38,221 nucleotides of DNA from Trichinella spiralis (lineage: Eukaryota). Both the position numbers and the translations under genes were made by a program. The stretch is taken from positions 8,906,858-8,945,078 of the forward strand of contig NW_003526941.1 of NCBI RefSeq assembly GCF_000181795.1. The letters run 5' to 3'. Of the stretch, positions 12,101-25,200 are shown in pieces. Every line of letters starts with the position of its first letter. The first letter of the stretch is position 1. A model generated the notes under the pieces. It ran no database searches. It was not told where the DNA came from and was given only the letters and a program-made list of their open reading frames with translations.

Positions 12101-15100
12101 TCAGATAAATGAAAATGAACGAGTTCAATAAAAGCAAGAAGCAAGCAGGCAAGCAAGCAAGCAAGAAATAGCATGTGACGTTTACGCACAAGTCATCTGC
12201 CACAACCATAAAGTCAAAGTGGACTTCACTTCATTCGGCTTTTTCAATCACGACTATTAATCTTGAAATTATTGAAAAGAATCATTTTCACGAAATATTT
12301 CGACAAATCAAAAAAAAACAATAACAATAAGATATATTAAAGTGTATCATTTTAAAATGTGATATTTCGGGCAGAGATGATTGTCGATCAATTTCAACCG
12401 GATGTATGAGATCAGAATGTGTATTTTGTGTTTTAATAAAAGAGAAAGTCAAACTTCTGAAATGCAGAAAAGTACTGTTGAAAAAGCAATTTATACTTCA
12501 TTTGATTGTTCATTTAATGCTTCGTTTGTGAAAAAAAATATCTACTTCAATTAATTTCCACCTGAAAATGTATTAATTTTTGCAATTGAAACATAATTTA
12601 ACCAACAAACGGACATGCATCACTACAAATATGTATACATAATTTCAAAGGTAATCGAATTATAATACAAATAAATTTATTCAAGAATTGTACCAATAAA
12701 ATCATCCCTCAACTATATGCTGTTCACGTATATCTGATAACAGCAAATAAGGATAATCACAAAAATTATCAAAATTAAATTTGAAGTACTTTAATTGAAA
12801 TTTAAATATTTAATTGTAATATCAATTTTCACTGCAGTTTATTTATTTATTTGGGTAGTCAGATATTTGGTTTGGTTAGCAATCATGAATTGATAAAAAG
12901 TGCATGATTGGGTAATTTTGATGATTAATACGAAAGTATTGTTTAAAAAATTACAAAACAGTCACCATATAATATGATCCTGCAACATTACAGGGCAAGC
13001 AAATTAAACAGCTCCAGCAAATTAGCAACTATCGACAAATTAAATAATCAAATAAATCCAACTTGCCATTATCAGAACAATTATACATATTACGACAAAA
13101 TAAACAAACAATGACCAACAATCCATCCATATTGAATATTATGTTGCATTCGTAAGTAAATAGAGATCTTCTTTCCTAATCAAATTAGATGTATTTAAAA
13201 TTTTCAATTTCTACAGAATACGTGCAATGGATATTTTTGAAACAAAGAAGAAAATGACTGTCATTTCAAAAATCATCACTACAAAATAAATAAATTACCA
13301 GAAATTATTTAAAAACAATCAAGTCGTTTTGAATTTTGCAATATATATAGAAATATGAAAAGCAAAAGTTTATTAGAATAATATTTATAACGATGCAAGA
13401 AGCTAGCTACAATAAAGTATTTGAAAAAAAAACATTTTTCTAAATAAACAATTCCCATTAGCGTTTTACCATTCGTTGGACGGTAATTTTCAAATGTTAA
13501 TCAGCATAACATGAACAATTATGTTCAATTATGTAATAGAAGATGACGTTCAATTTAAAATGCATTATCAAAAGAACAAAAATACCTATATAATTATATT
13601 TATTTACATATTAAATATGAATCATTTTAAAATTATTTTTCCTGAATTACGTATTGAATTAATTATTAATATTGTAGTCGAATGCTAACAGAAAAGTGAA
13701 ATTCAAATCACATTTTCCAAAGTTTAACCATTCAATGAATGCAACAAAATAAATCACGTTATCATATTATTATTGTCAACATGATCTATTTTTGTTTAAT
13801 TAAATAAATAGTTTAGCATATAAAATGTGCGCGTACAAATATTTGATGAATCAGTCAATGCTTTCAGAAACGAAAAACAATTTCAGAAAATAACTAAATA
13901 AATGCAATTATTGCTCAAAAAGAAAAGAAAAAGTATGTATGCAAATTTTAATGATTATCATGTTCTAGTGAATTTGCAAAGAGAGCTTCTCTTTGCACGC
14001 GTGGACGAATAAATCAAAAATTGAACAACCGGCGGTGTGTGATTTTTGAAAACGCGCCATTTCATCATACACATTTCTCCCATAAACAGTCAATTATTGC
14101 GAGGTTGTAATTTTGAATTGCACATGCAAACAATTTCAACAAAGCATCTGATCTTGTGGAAGGGAAAATAATGAATATAGATAGTAATGGCAATTTTCAG
14201 GTTCATTAATTTGTTTGAAACCCCCTCACCGGCGGGGATGTGGAATTTGCAAAATTACAAGAAGAAAAAACATATATTTTTTTTCAAAATTGCACCAAGT
14301 CAGGTACAAGATTCGATTGAACTGTCATGCCGTATTGACCGAAGGAAAAGGGATTCAGAAGAGAGAATGTATCAATAGTGGTTTGCCCATTTTACAACAT
14401 CCAACCAACTGTGAAACGAGCCCCGTTCAGAGCTGTTTTTGATCATTTGCATTTGTCTATTTATGATAATTTTATCATCACGTAGAATATTTATTTGAAA
14501 AATGCCCAACATTCAACGTTTCCATTGTTCACCAAATCGGCTGGTGGTCAAGTATTCAAAATCGATTAAACAGTGGTGAAATGGAGAATTGAATTTTCTC
14601 CCTCAACTCTTCCTATTCCAAGATGACAATTTGCAAAATTTCAAAGCTCAACAATCAAACAAAATTAAAATTAAAAATTAAAATCATTTTCCCCAACTGT
14701 AAATGCAATAACAACATATTTGAATAAATAAATGAAACAAAGACAACGGAACTTGCAAAATCCATACAACACCACTACTAGCCTGATGAGCAAAAATGAA
14801 CAAAATTTGCAAAAACACATTTGTTGAATTGTTGATACCGTCTCATGGAAGAGTTTTAACAAAGGAATGCAAGAAAAAAAAAGCTGCATTTTAAAATTAT
14901 CACTTGGCTGAAAGTGAAACTGATAATTAAAACGAGTCGACAATTTGAAAGCTAATCAAATATCATCGAATTAGTGGAAATTTGAAAATTAAGAAAATTA
15001 AAAATCGCATGTTGCAACTGTCATCCGCCCAAAATTCATCATCAGACAATATAGTAGAGAGAAAGTTTATTTTTAGAACAAATTTATATTTAAAAAAAGA

Positions 15101-16551
15101 AAATATTAAAACTTTTCAATAAATGAAAAACATTGAAACTGTACGAAGTTTCGTTGACAAATCATACGCAGCAGAGTGAGTTTGTTTGTAATATTATTAA
15201 TGTTATTATTGGCATTATTATTGAATGAAATAATAATATATCTCGTTTTCAATGAAAACAAAGCTTCTGCCATCTGATTTTATTAGCTTCAGTTGTAAAG
15301 GAGATGCAATTAAAGTTTAAAAAAAATAACGGCTAAATGGAAAAATCAATCGCGTCATCAATCAAACTTTCCAGTACATTATCGTTAAGAAGAACATTAT
15401 TTCAACAAAATTATCATAAAAGCCAAATGTACAATGCATGAAGTAAATTGAATGAATAGTTATTTTAAAAAAAAAGAAAAGAAAATTATTATTTTCACAA
15501 ATCAAGACGAGTTTGAAAAATATAAAATCTCATGTATAGTTGTCAATAGTTCTGGAAAACTCATCACTTTGAGAAAGATGAACTTCAATTTCTAATGCGT
15601 GCAAACGTCAAAAATCTCATGGGATAACAAAGCAGATTAACGATTGCCAACCGGTGTCATTAAAAAAATATGCACATATATCATTCCATCCTCTCTTTTG
15701 TTTCTCCCCCTCGCACTGCTTTACTCAAATCATCATTCTCTCTTGCTTTTCCCTGCATCAGAACATAATTTATACACATTCAACTACAATGAAATGCTTC
15801 AGCTTCAGCTATATCAATAATCTCTCCAAACATTTGCATTGATTTAACTTCTATCATGTAATACAAATTGTTTGCAATCATTCCAAATGACAATCACTTT
15901 GCTAATCTATTAAAATTAAGCCGATCCAATTTCTTTTTCTCAACAAAGACACCAAAACAAAAAATACAATTCAAAATTTCTCCTATAATATATGAAAAAT
16001 TTTTTTTAATAAAAACAAAATAATTAAAAATTAGTAAATTATCAAATTTTCTCTTTCATTAAATCATTGGTATGATTGAGCAAACATTCTTATCAACTTA
16101 AACATTCGTTTGACAATTCAACCAATTGATGATTTTTCATTGTTATTCATTAATTTAATGCTATTAACAATGTTGAACAATTATAATTCAAATTTCAAAC
16201 AAATGAAGAAAATTATCCAATGGCATTGCAAACTAATAATGACTAATTTTTTCCCTATTGTGACTGAGCAAATTCATAATTATTCTTGAGGTCCATTTGA
16301 TTACTAAAAATAATTTTTCTTCAAAGAAAATCTTAAATAATTTAACAATCTTGCAAAATTCTAAACCACTTCCATGCAGATGTTCTATTCAAATAAAAGT
16401 TATGTGGTGAATTTTTTAAAAGACAATTTGCATCCATTAGGCAGTGGGAAAGAAGAATGGGAGGAGGAGGAGAAGAAGAAAAAAATTTACCTTGCACAAT
16501 GAAACAAAGCGTGACGAATGACAACAGTTTGAGGTGGATGAGAAGATTCAT
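8506..16551 (-). CDS. Ly-6-related GPI-anchored protein of the nematode ODR-2/HOT family (3 coding exons, 188 aa)
   Basis: Exons 16551-16491 (MNLLIHLKLLSFVTLCFIVQ, signal peptide, G|gtaaat), 11715-11521 (ttttcag|..ALPVIHCFSCMSFSYQEHW..PELFTDRCNEPF..NCTTICVTMKEP, G|gtgagc) and 8816-8506 (ttctag|..YIRGCADKVLISGFN..VCRLLPR..ICGCYGNRCN-GGGS..FILLVTFLLIAA..stop). All junctions are phase 1 and the total is 567 nt in frame. The mature domain has 10 Cys, a terminal CN motif and a hydrophobic GPI-type tail. CxSCMS, FTDRC, YIRGC and CxCYGxRCN are recognised ODR-2/HOT motifs. Confidence 0.9.
9108..9146. repeat. (TTA)13 microsatellite in an intron of the Ly-6 gene
   Basis: Direct reading: 39 nt of perfect TTA units. 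Confidence 0.95.
11836..11911 (-). CDS. Candidate proximal alternative first coding exon of the Ly-6/HOT gene
   Basis: ATG at 11911 gives MNTNLIAIFTLITDILVYGYNMKSY followed by G|gtatgt. This phase-1 donor gives a 120-nt intron to the 11715 acceptor. The N-terminus is moderately hydrophobic. Confidence 0.45.
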
Positions 16552-18609
16552 GTGGCATTGATATCAGCATGCGAAGGCAAAATTTGGAAGCCAACTTTTG
16601 CCACACCCCACCCTGGAGGGGCGAGTTAGAAAACGAGACAGCGACGAAAAGATCGACCAGTTGAATAAGCTTGAAAGACCAAATCCATAGACAAACGGAA
16701 AATAATCTAGAATGGATGATCCTTGAGATGTGCTTGCAGTGAGGTGGATAAAAGTCAGAAGCTGTGCGACGAGGTGCGGATAATTTGCACAGCGTTTTTG
16801 ACTTTGCGTCGAAGTTCTATTGACTGTTGTCGCACCAAAAGCCGCGAGAGGGCACCATTGTTTGCTGTGTGTGCGTGTGTGTGGCGCGTGGTGTGAAATT
16901 AAGCGGAAAAATTGAGCACCGATGTCGGAAGCAACCTCTCCCCAAACCGCAGAGACAAAGCCGGATGTAGAGGTTTGAACGAGTGCTCGATCGAAAGCAA
17001 GCGGCAGAAAGCATCGGCTGGCCCATGGGTAATTTCTCTTCGATCGCCTCCTTCTCAGGCTGGCTGGCAAGAAGCGGGTGGCCCGTTCGACCACCTGCAA
17101 CACCAGCACCACAATATTACGGTCGGCAGATGAGCCGAAGCCGTTACGACCACGCCCTAGCCGGTCCAGGAGACGGTTTTCCATAAGGGCGGAGCATCGA
17201 ATTTCTGTTCATGGTATCGCAAATTGTCATTCCAAGCGGCTAAACTTTTCCGCTTGAAATGCCACCCGTGGTGGACAATTTTGCACCTCAATACACCTCA
17301 CCACTGACGACGGTCAATTATTATCTTGACAAGGCTCAACAACCATCTTTCAAACTTCCGCCATTTAGTCAATGCACTTCAAAAGGCGCTGTTCCACTGG
17401 TCGATAATTTCCACTTTTACAAACAATAATTAATATGCAACAGAAAAGCCAACAAAAAAAACAAACTAATAATAAAACAAAGCAACTCTCTACTTTTATA
17501 ATTCACCATACCATAAGATACCAAGGTTCACAAAATCTATTTTGTTTCCTCCGAAAATTTTATTTAAACAAATTTCTTGCTTTTTTTTATTCATTTCCAA
17601 TTTTTCATTGTCGAATTGCAATTTGTTGTTAATTAATTAACCCGCTAAACTGTGCCACCAAACTACTAATCACAAAGCTCAGCTGAAGCTAGGCAAATTT
17701 CTTCTCCACGACATTATTCATCAATCGGTATCATTTTAATTAACGTTTCAGATGACGTGATGGAGAAATTAATAAACCCGTGAAAATTCGCGGTGCAGTG
17801 CAATTTGAAATTCCAAATTTCGTGTGCTTAGCTTTTTATAGCAGCAGTTGCACAATTTTGCATAAATAATCAATTTCGAAAATTTAAATAAATAACCGCG
17901 GAAAATTAGATTCTTTTCAAAAATAATGAATAATGAAAAAAAATCTGTTAGTCAATTGAAAAGTAATTACACCTTCTCATGAAACAAAAACCATCACTTG
18001 TCATTCTGTAATATTCACACGAAAAATCAAAAATCAAATTTTACCTTATACAACTATTCTCTCCACTGAAAATAGAAACCTCGTAAAGTTGATTAAATTG
18101 AAAAATTATAACTATCACATTTGGAAGAAAAATAATTCGCAATGGTTTTGAAAGTAACTTGATTATTTTTAATCATGTTTAAAACAAACGTTCCAATATC
18201 AACAAAAACCTCATGATTTCTATCACGCATTCAGTAATTATAGTTTTCACATTTTTTGTTCGACATCCCAGATTTATGTAATTTATTATGTTTTTTAATT
18301 AAAACAGTAACCTGACTTTGGAAAAAACCAACCATAAACAATGCTTATAAAAAGAAACAAAAATGCAAGTAAAAATTGTACCCATCTTTCCTTACTGTAT
18401 ATCATTGCATCTAACTTTTGAACAACAATTTTTTTCTGGAATATAAAATTCTATGAATAAATCACTAATAATGTGCTGAAAACTGCCGACAAATCTTCTT
18501 CATCTTCATAAACAGAATTAATTATCATCTCACTGAACATGTAGATTTTTTCAAAGTTAATTTTCGTCATGCACAACAAATGTAAAATAATTTGAAAATC
18601 GTCACTTAC

Positions 18610-18685
18610 CGTCACTGACAGTTTTGTTCAATACCATTTCGCCATACAGTACTGCCATCCGAAATAAAGATAAATACATATCCAT
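18610..18685 (-). CDS. Candidate distal alternative first coding exon of the Ly-6/HOT gene
   Basis: ATG at 18685 gives MDMYLSLFRMAVLYGEMVLNKTVSD followed by G|gtaagt (consensus donor, phase 1). It lies in a GC-richer block bounded upstream by a tttcag acceptor at 18985-18990. The signal peptide is weak. Confidence 0.35.
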
Positions 18686-20255
18686 AGCTGGGCTTTCAGT
18701 GTGTCAGCACGTCCAACGTTCGGTACAGATGTTGTTGTCGTCGAACCGATTGAAACAATTTTTACATGATAAAATTGATCACCACGATCGTCTCCACTTA
18801 GCAGGGGGTCCGCATGTTGGTCCCAAAGGAGTGATCACCGTAAGGGAAAAAGGCTGGGTCGACAATTGAGACAAGCCAAAAGCGAGTAAAACCGTTTAGC
18901 CGGCGCAACACAGCCTGCTGGGATTTACCGATAATAGTGCCGCAAATTGCCGATTAGATGCTTCAATTTCGTCAACCAATCAATCTGAAATCGGTTACAA
19001 AATTCACTTAAAAAACCATTACATCATAACAACAAACAGTTCACATATTCCATTTCTATTTATCGAAATATTTTTTTCAATCTTCAATAATCTGATGCAC
19101 TAATTTTTACTTCTAGTTGAAAAAAAGCATCAATTAAACTGTTTAAACTTTTTGATAGGCTCAATTTTCACCACTATCAATTTCAATGGTCAAAAGGCTA
19201 AACCAGTAATTGATATGCAATGTAATTACATGATCCCTAAAATGAAAAACATGCTTACTTCTTTCCGAAGCTAATTTCTTAGCAGAAGCGTATCCTATTT
19301 CAAGCTCAAATGCAACAATTATCACCATAGGACGGTAAAAGCAGAATTACTTATTAGCTATTCACAACCGCTCACGAACCAACCGATAACTCTAAGATGA
19401 CGTTCATTTTTCAAAATAAATATAAACAAATAAACGCGATGAATAGATACGCAGAAATGAATTTAAACTTCTATACACAAGCGCTCACTTTCACAACAGA
19501 AAAAGTGTCCAATTACCTTCCTTGATTTTCCCGCGTCTCTTAACCGTTGGTGCTCTTTTCCGGTTTTTTGATCTCATTGACCTTTCAGAAGATGAATAGC
19601 ATCTGCACCACATTCAAAAACTGTTCAAGGAAATAAGACAACTAAGTAACAATAAATATATGGGGCATTTTAAAACGACTTTAAACAAAGCAGTGCTAAT
19701 TCAGCAGGTGCGGATTCTTGTAAACATTTTTTGAACTGACTACCTGACTGTCATTTAAAAAAATCAAGGTTGTGCAGTGAACTGTATCAATTATAGCAGG
19801 TAATTTGTGATATTATTTTTTAATTTACAATTTATTTTTAATTAATTTGCTCATGACACAGATTATCTTATTGTAAATACTTTTTTTAACTGAAATAAAA
19901 TGAATTTCAATAGATACACAGTTTAAAGTTAATAAGTTTAAGTAACAAAATTATCCAACAGAAATAACTATTTTCAATATATTTATAAATATTTTAATTA
20001 GTTCCATTAATCTTATATATTACTGTAATTTATAATTTGTTCTTGCTTGTCACAGTATAGATCGGAAGAAGCACTTTTTTCTCGTTAATGCACAAACAAA
20101 TTTAAATTTATGCACATATAAATTTTTCACTGAATCTGGATAAGTTTTACAAAATGCAACTTGATTTAAAATTTATTGTTCATTTTTTACTGACTAAAGA
20201 AGTGTAAAGATGTATAATTTCACAAAATTAACGAATAAACAATTAATCACTTATG

Positions 20256-21495
20256 GTTGTAAGAGGTCTCGAATTAACACGTGCTTCAATTTCGCAGAGA
20301 ATGGTAACAAGTTATTCTCGGGTGACTAGTGCCTTAGCCAACACTCTACGGAGCGAGGTCTTAACGGATCTCTCCAGTCTTTCCCAGTAACCACCGCACC
20401 ACGGTGCTCTCCTGTACGAAAATCTCCATTTCACATCTTCCTCTTTTCCCTTCTTTTCAATCTTCGAAAATGTAAAGTTCTCGCAGTCGTTCTTCTTTCA
20501 TTTCCTTGGAACAAATCTCTGATATGTTTATCTGCCAGCTTAAATGTTCGAAAGTGATCCGTCTGAACTATGGACGTTCTCCCTCGTTGTGAAAAATGGC
20601 AAAACGCTTCCAAAAAGTTTTTGCCAGTCACATCTGGCACAGATAAAGGTGTTCGCTCTCGCAGACATACAAGTAAACAAGCAAATGTATGCCTTGGCGA
20701 TCGTTTTCCTTTCCTTGACATAAAGAGGTCCAGCGAAGTCTATTCCGACGTTGTCAAAAGCATAGGTTTCGACTAGTCTTTCTTTGGTCAACGGGCCCAT
20801 GATTACTAGTCGCGAATTTTCCTTTATGCAAATAACACATCTTCTCAGGACTCTTTTGACGGCACTTATTCCCTTTAATATCAAAAAAATCGACGTCTTA
20901 TTGCCACCAAAGTTTGTTAAACGCCTTCTTTTGAATGTTACAGCGCTCAGCTTTGACTGTAGCCAGCATACACTGCATTGGTTCGTCTTCCCTGGGTGAA
21001 GATTCTCCGCTCATCTGCTCTGCCATCATCACTCCTGGTTCTGTAGAGTACTTTGCATATTTTCTTTCACTGATGATTCGCATCCTTCGATATCCAATCC
21101 TATACCTTTGCACCTCGCCGATCCATCGAATACAATTCCATATTTCGTTGTCGAATTGCCTTTTCTTACCACCACACGGTGTTGTACATACCAGATTTTT
21201 CCTTTATTTCCATTGCCCTTATCTATTTCTTCTGTTATGCTGTTGTCAAGATATTCTTTCAAAGTTTGTTTATATGCTGTCACTACATCCGGGTCTCTCC
21301 ACATCGTTCTCTCAGTTTGCTGTAATCTTGCCAGTGCATGCTCGAAGTTGTCTGGGAATATCTTTAGATTGTTTATCCAAGGTAGTTCTACGAAGTACCT
21401 GGTTCCACTGTTGCTGATCGAGTCTTTAAGAAGCAAATTTGTCTTACTCACTTCATCAGACGGTTCTTCTATTGCCGGCTCGTGGCACCATAAGT
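20256..21495 (-). mobile_element. Degenerate, internally deleted BEL/Pao LTR retrotransposon (pol fragments)
   Basis: Pao-type pre-RT/RT-start motifs RYFVELPW, YKQTLKEYL and WYVQHRVVVRKGNSTTKYGIVFDGSAR (ORF 21029-21451). Integrase motifs VKRVLRRCVIC, FDNVGIDFAGPLYVK, KAYICLFTC, RGRTSIVQTD and APWCGGYWERLERSVK..EIEARVNSRPLT are spread over several frames with frameshifts and a stop. No LTR pair was recognised. Confidence 0.93.
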
Positions 21496-22219
21496 AATGT
21501 AAGAAAAAGTTTCAATAATGATAATCAGGTAAATGCTTCCTGTACAGCTGTTGGCAGTATATCAATATATGCTCACACGTTTTAGGAACTATGTAATACG
21601 AGGTTTCGAGGATCGAAATTAGGAAAACAACGAAAATAATAAACAAAGAGTGACACACAAACTGACCACCACTGATCAGTCTGTCACTACTACTTTTACT
21701 CTGAACAATGAAAATACAGTAACGTTATAATGATGATCATACACAAATTCTACAGTAAGTTAGCATTTTGTTTATTAAAAAATTCTAACATCATTAAAAC
21801 TGCTACACATTGCGAATTGAAAATAAATACAATTACCATAGCAATATTTTCGGTTACTTGTACAGAAAATTGAATTTCAATTCTTCTATTAAACATGAAA
21901 ATCAAACCGCTTTATACGTAAGACTGTATGTTTTCTTGAATTTTTTGTTCTCTTTTCAGCAGATAATTTTTTGCTAAGGTTATGATTGTGATTTATGCAT
22001 TTCGTATTAAAATTAGATAATAAGTTGATTCGAAGTTTAAATCATATTTTAAATTCAATTTTGAAGTTTTTTATTAATATTATTTATAGTTATTTATTAA
22101 ATTAAATACTTTGAAATTATTTCATTAAATTATAAGCTGTTTCGTTTTTGCTACAATTTACTGAAATGTTGTTCAAATTTGTTAAAATAACTGTATTTTA
22201 GATTTCGTCTCTGAAGAAA

Positions 22220-25200
22220 ATGAGATCCACAGTGAGTGAGAAGTATTTGTTGTCATTTTTAATTAAGTTATTTATTTATTTTTGAGATTGTGAGAGCCAA
22301 ACGCACCGTTTGGGCAAAGTTGTTTCCAGAGATTGATGATGTTGAACAGAAAATCAACTTCAATGTGATGACCATTTCGCAGAAATATGGAATTTTGTTT
22401 GTTGCTTTAGGAAACGGTGATTTTGATGTCATTTTTTTGAATTCTTTATGAAAATCTAAAGTTGTATATATACAGATGTAACATAATTATTAAGTTTGAA
22501 AAGCATATGTAATTGAAAATGAAATTTTTGAATTTTACTTTAGTTGTGAAAATGTTTCCAACTTCGTTTGTTCATGGCATTGTCGAAAATTTTGAATACA
22601 GAATGAGTGAAACTTATGCAATATTGGAATCCACTTCAATATCTGTGCAGAACTGTGTTACTTGCATACAATGCAACTGCGCGGGTAATCGTTTAGCAGT
22701 TTGTGTTGACGATGGTGGCACACCGGCAGCTTTCATCTATGAAATTGAAAATGTATATTGTTGATAAATTGTTCAACATTATTGATGAAAGTTTCAATTA
22801 GGGCAGTTTTATCTGTTTTAGATAAATTCAACTTCTAAACACATTGCACGAATTCAAATTTCTTGTGGCCATTCTACCGGATTGAAAGATTTCCGTTGGA
22901 ATCCCAACCTTACCGAATGTTTTTCAGTCGTTTTAAACGATGGGACGCTTTCTGTGATGAAGACTAAAAATAATAAGTTTCGTCTAGTTGGAAAAACAAC
23001 TACAACGGATATTTTGTGCTGTATGTTTTTTGTTTGTTTAAGTTTATTTGTTTAAGTGATTTATTTGCTGTTTTCATTTTTAAGCGGCTTGGGAACCGTT
23101 GGGCAAGCGGTTAGTTGCTGGTTTGTCGAATGGTAAATTTTCCATTTATTCCGTTACGCTCAACCAGTGTTCCACTTTCGATCCTCCACCTAATCTACCG
23201 GCATCTAAATTTTCAGGTGAGAAACAAATATCACTGTAGTTATTTGTTTTCAATTTTTATTTCGATTATAACTTTTCTAATACTATTTTATGTATTGTAT
23301 GGAATTCTTTTGCAGTTTGCTATTTTTGAATTGAATATTAATAATAATTTAAATTCTTTTATTATTTTAGTGATTGATGCTATATGGCATAATAATTCAG
23401 AAGTTTTACTTGTCTACGCTGCGGAAGACGACCGTAAGCAAACATTTTTAGTCCAGGCAACCGTTTCCAATCATAAGCCGCCGTCAATAAGTTATGGTCC
23501 ACTTATCGATATCCAGCCACAAATATTTATTGACAGCTTTCCTAATTGTTCACGTCGTTATTTTTTGTTTTACTATGCAGAATGGTTATTGAATAGAATT
23601 TATTATTTTTGCAGTAGCATTCATTGTTGTTGTATTTAGGAATGTTTTGCTTTATTCGTCAACAGTTGGCTGTGAAGTTGTGGTGTTGATTCGTGATGTT
23701 GACTCCCAAAATTGGACTAGATGTGTTGAGACAGAATCTGATGATGATTATTTAGTATTTCCAACTAACTTGTATAAGGGAGATTTTTCAGCAGTTGGTA
23801 TGGTGTTCGATCTCACTAATGAGAAGCCAACTAAAACGGGTCAGTGTTAGTAGGGAACATTTTTGCGCAGCTCATACGGCTTTAAGCATTAGTTTAACTG
23901 AAATTTAGAATTATTTGAAAACAGTTCTTTACCGATGATAACAGGTAGAATATTGGATAATTATAACTGCTTTTAAGGTGAAGGTGACACTTTTCCGCCG
24001 TTCCCGTATATTCATGTATTTTCAAGTGAAGCTGGTTTGATTTCATGGAGAATTGAACTCTTGAATAAGAGAGATGTGCCATTTTGTCGAGGAGTTGCTG
24101 CACCACAGGGATGTAAATTGGCTACACCAACATTAGTGAAACAGTCTGATGTGATCGTAGATGGACAGATAAGAGATGATAATAAGCAGTTATCATCTTC
24201 AAATACTGTGCATGGGCACAATTTATCCCTGAACCTGAATGCAGCCGCGGTTAATAGTGTTTCATCTGTTCTGGGTAAGGTTCCTCAAAAATGAACTGAC
24301 GATGTAAATGTTCTGATTCTTGTTCTTTTCAAAATGAGCATTTCAATTTTCAAAGCATAACTTCTGGAATATTGGTCATATTTTAGTCTATTTTTAGTAA
24401 TTTGAAATGTTATGAATAATTTTTCAGATCTAAGGGACAAATCATCAGAACATATTAGTGGTGTGAAAAGTTTGTCCTACATTAAACAACGCACTGATGA
24501 GAAACTTTCGACGGTATCGAAGTTGCAGATTCCTGGTAACGATCCTCTGGAATCTCCGGATGCAGCAGTAGTTTTAAATTCAGACGATGTGAATTCTTTG
24601 GTAGTAAAATGCAATGTTCAAATTATTCTGTAGAGGAGTAATGTATTAATTTGAAATTTTTTTTGTTCTCGTTGTTGTTAGATTAACATCTTGTCAAAAA
24701 AGCTGACAATTTCCAGAAAGCATTTTTGTGAACCAATCCAAAGTAAAATTAGTGACAATCTGTTGTCAGTTCTGCAATCTGAAGTGGAATTCTTTCAAAC
24801 GAAGTGGAATGGCGAAAAGGAACGCCTCCAAGTAGTTTTTGTTTTTATTATTGGTATTTTTTCCATTTTAATGAAAAATTTTTCAGCACCTTGAACAGTG
24901 GTGTTCTAATTTACGTCTCATGTCGGTAAATATGCAGGCGTATTTAGAAACTATGGTGATGTATTTGGAGCAAGAACGTGACGGAAACCGTTACTGCAGT
25001 ATGCAGGCATATCCGTTGGCACCGGAACAAGAGCAGCGAATGTTGAATTTGCACGTAATGCACGATCGTCTGCAAGCTGCTGTGGATGACATTTGCCAAC
25101 AGGTGGCAGATATCCGACAAAACTTGAATCGTTATGAGTAAGTTTATTGACATTTGGTTGTGATTTTGCTTTTCACTTCTAATCATATTTAGAGATATGA

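Noticed and set aside
11911..12189. Hydrophobic ORF MLFLACLLACLLLAF as another signal-peptide exon
   Set aside because: The hydrophobicity comes from GCAA and AAT simple repeats, and there is no good phase-1 donor.
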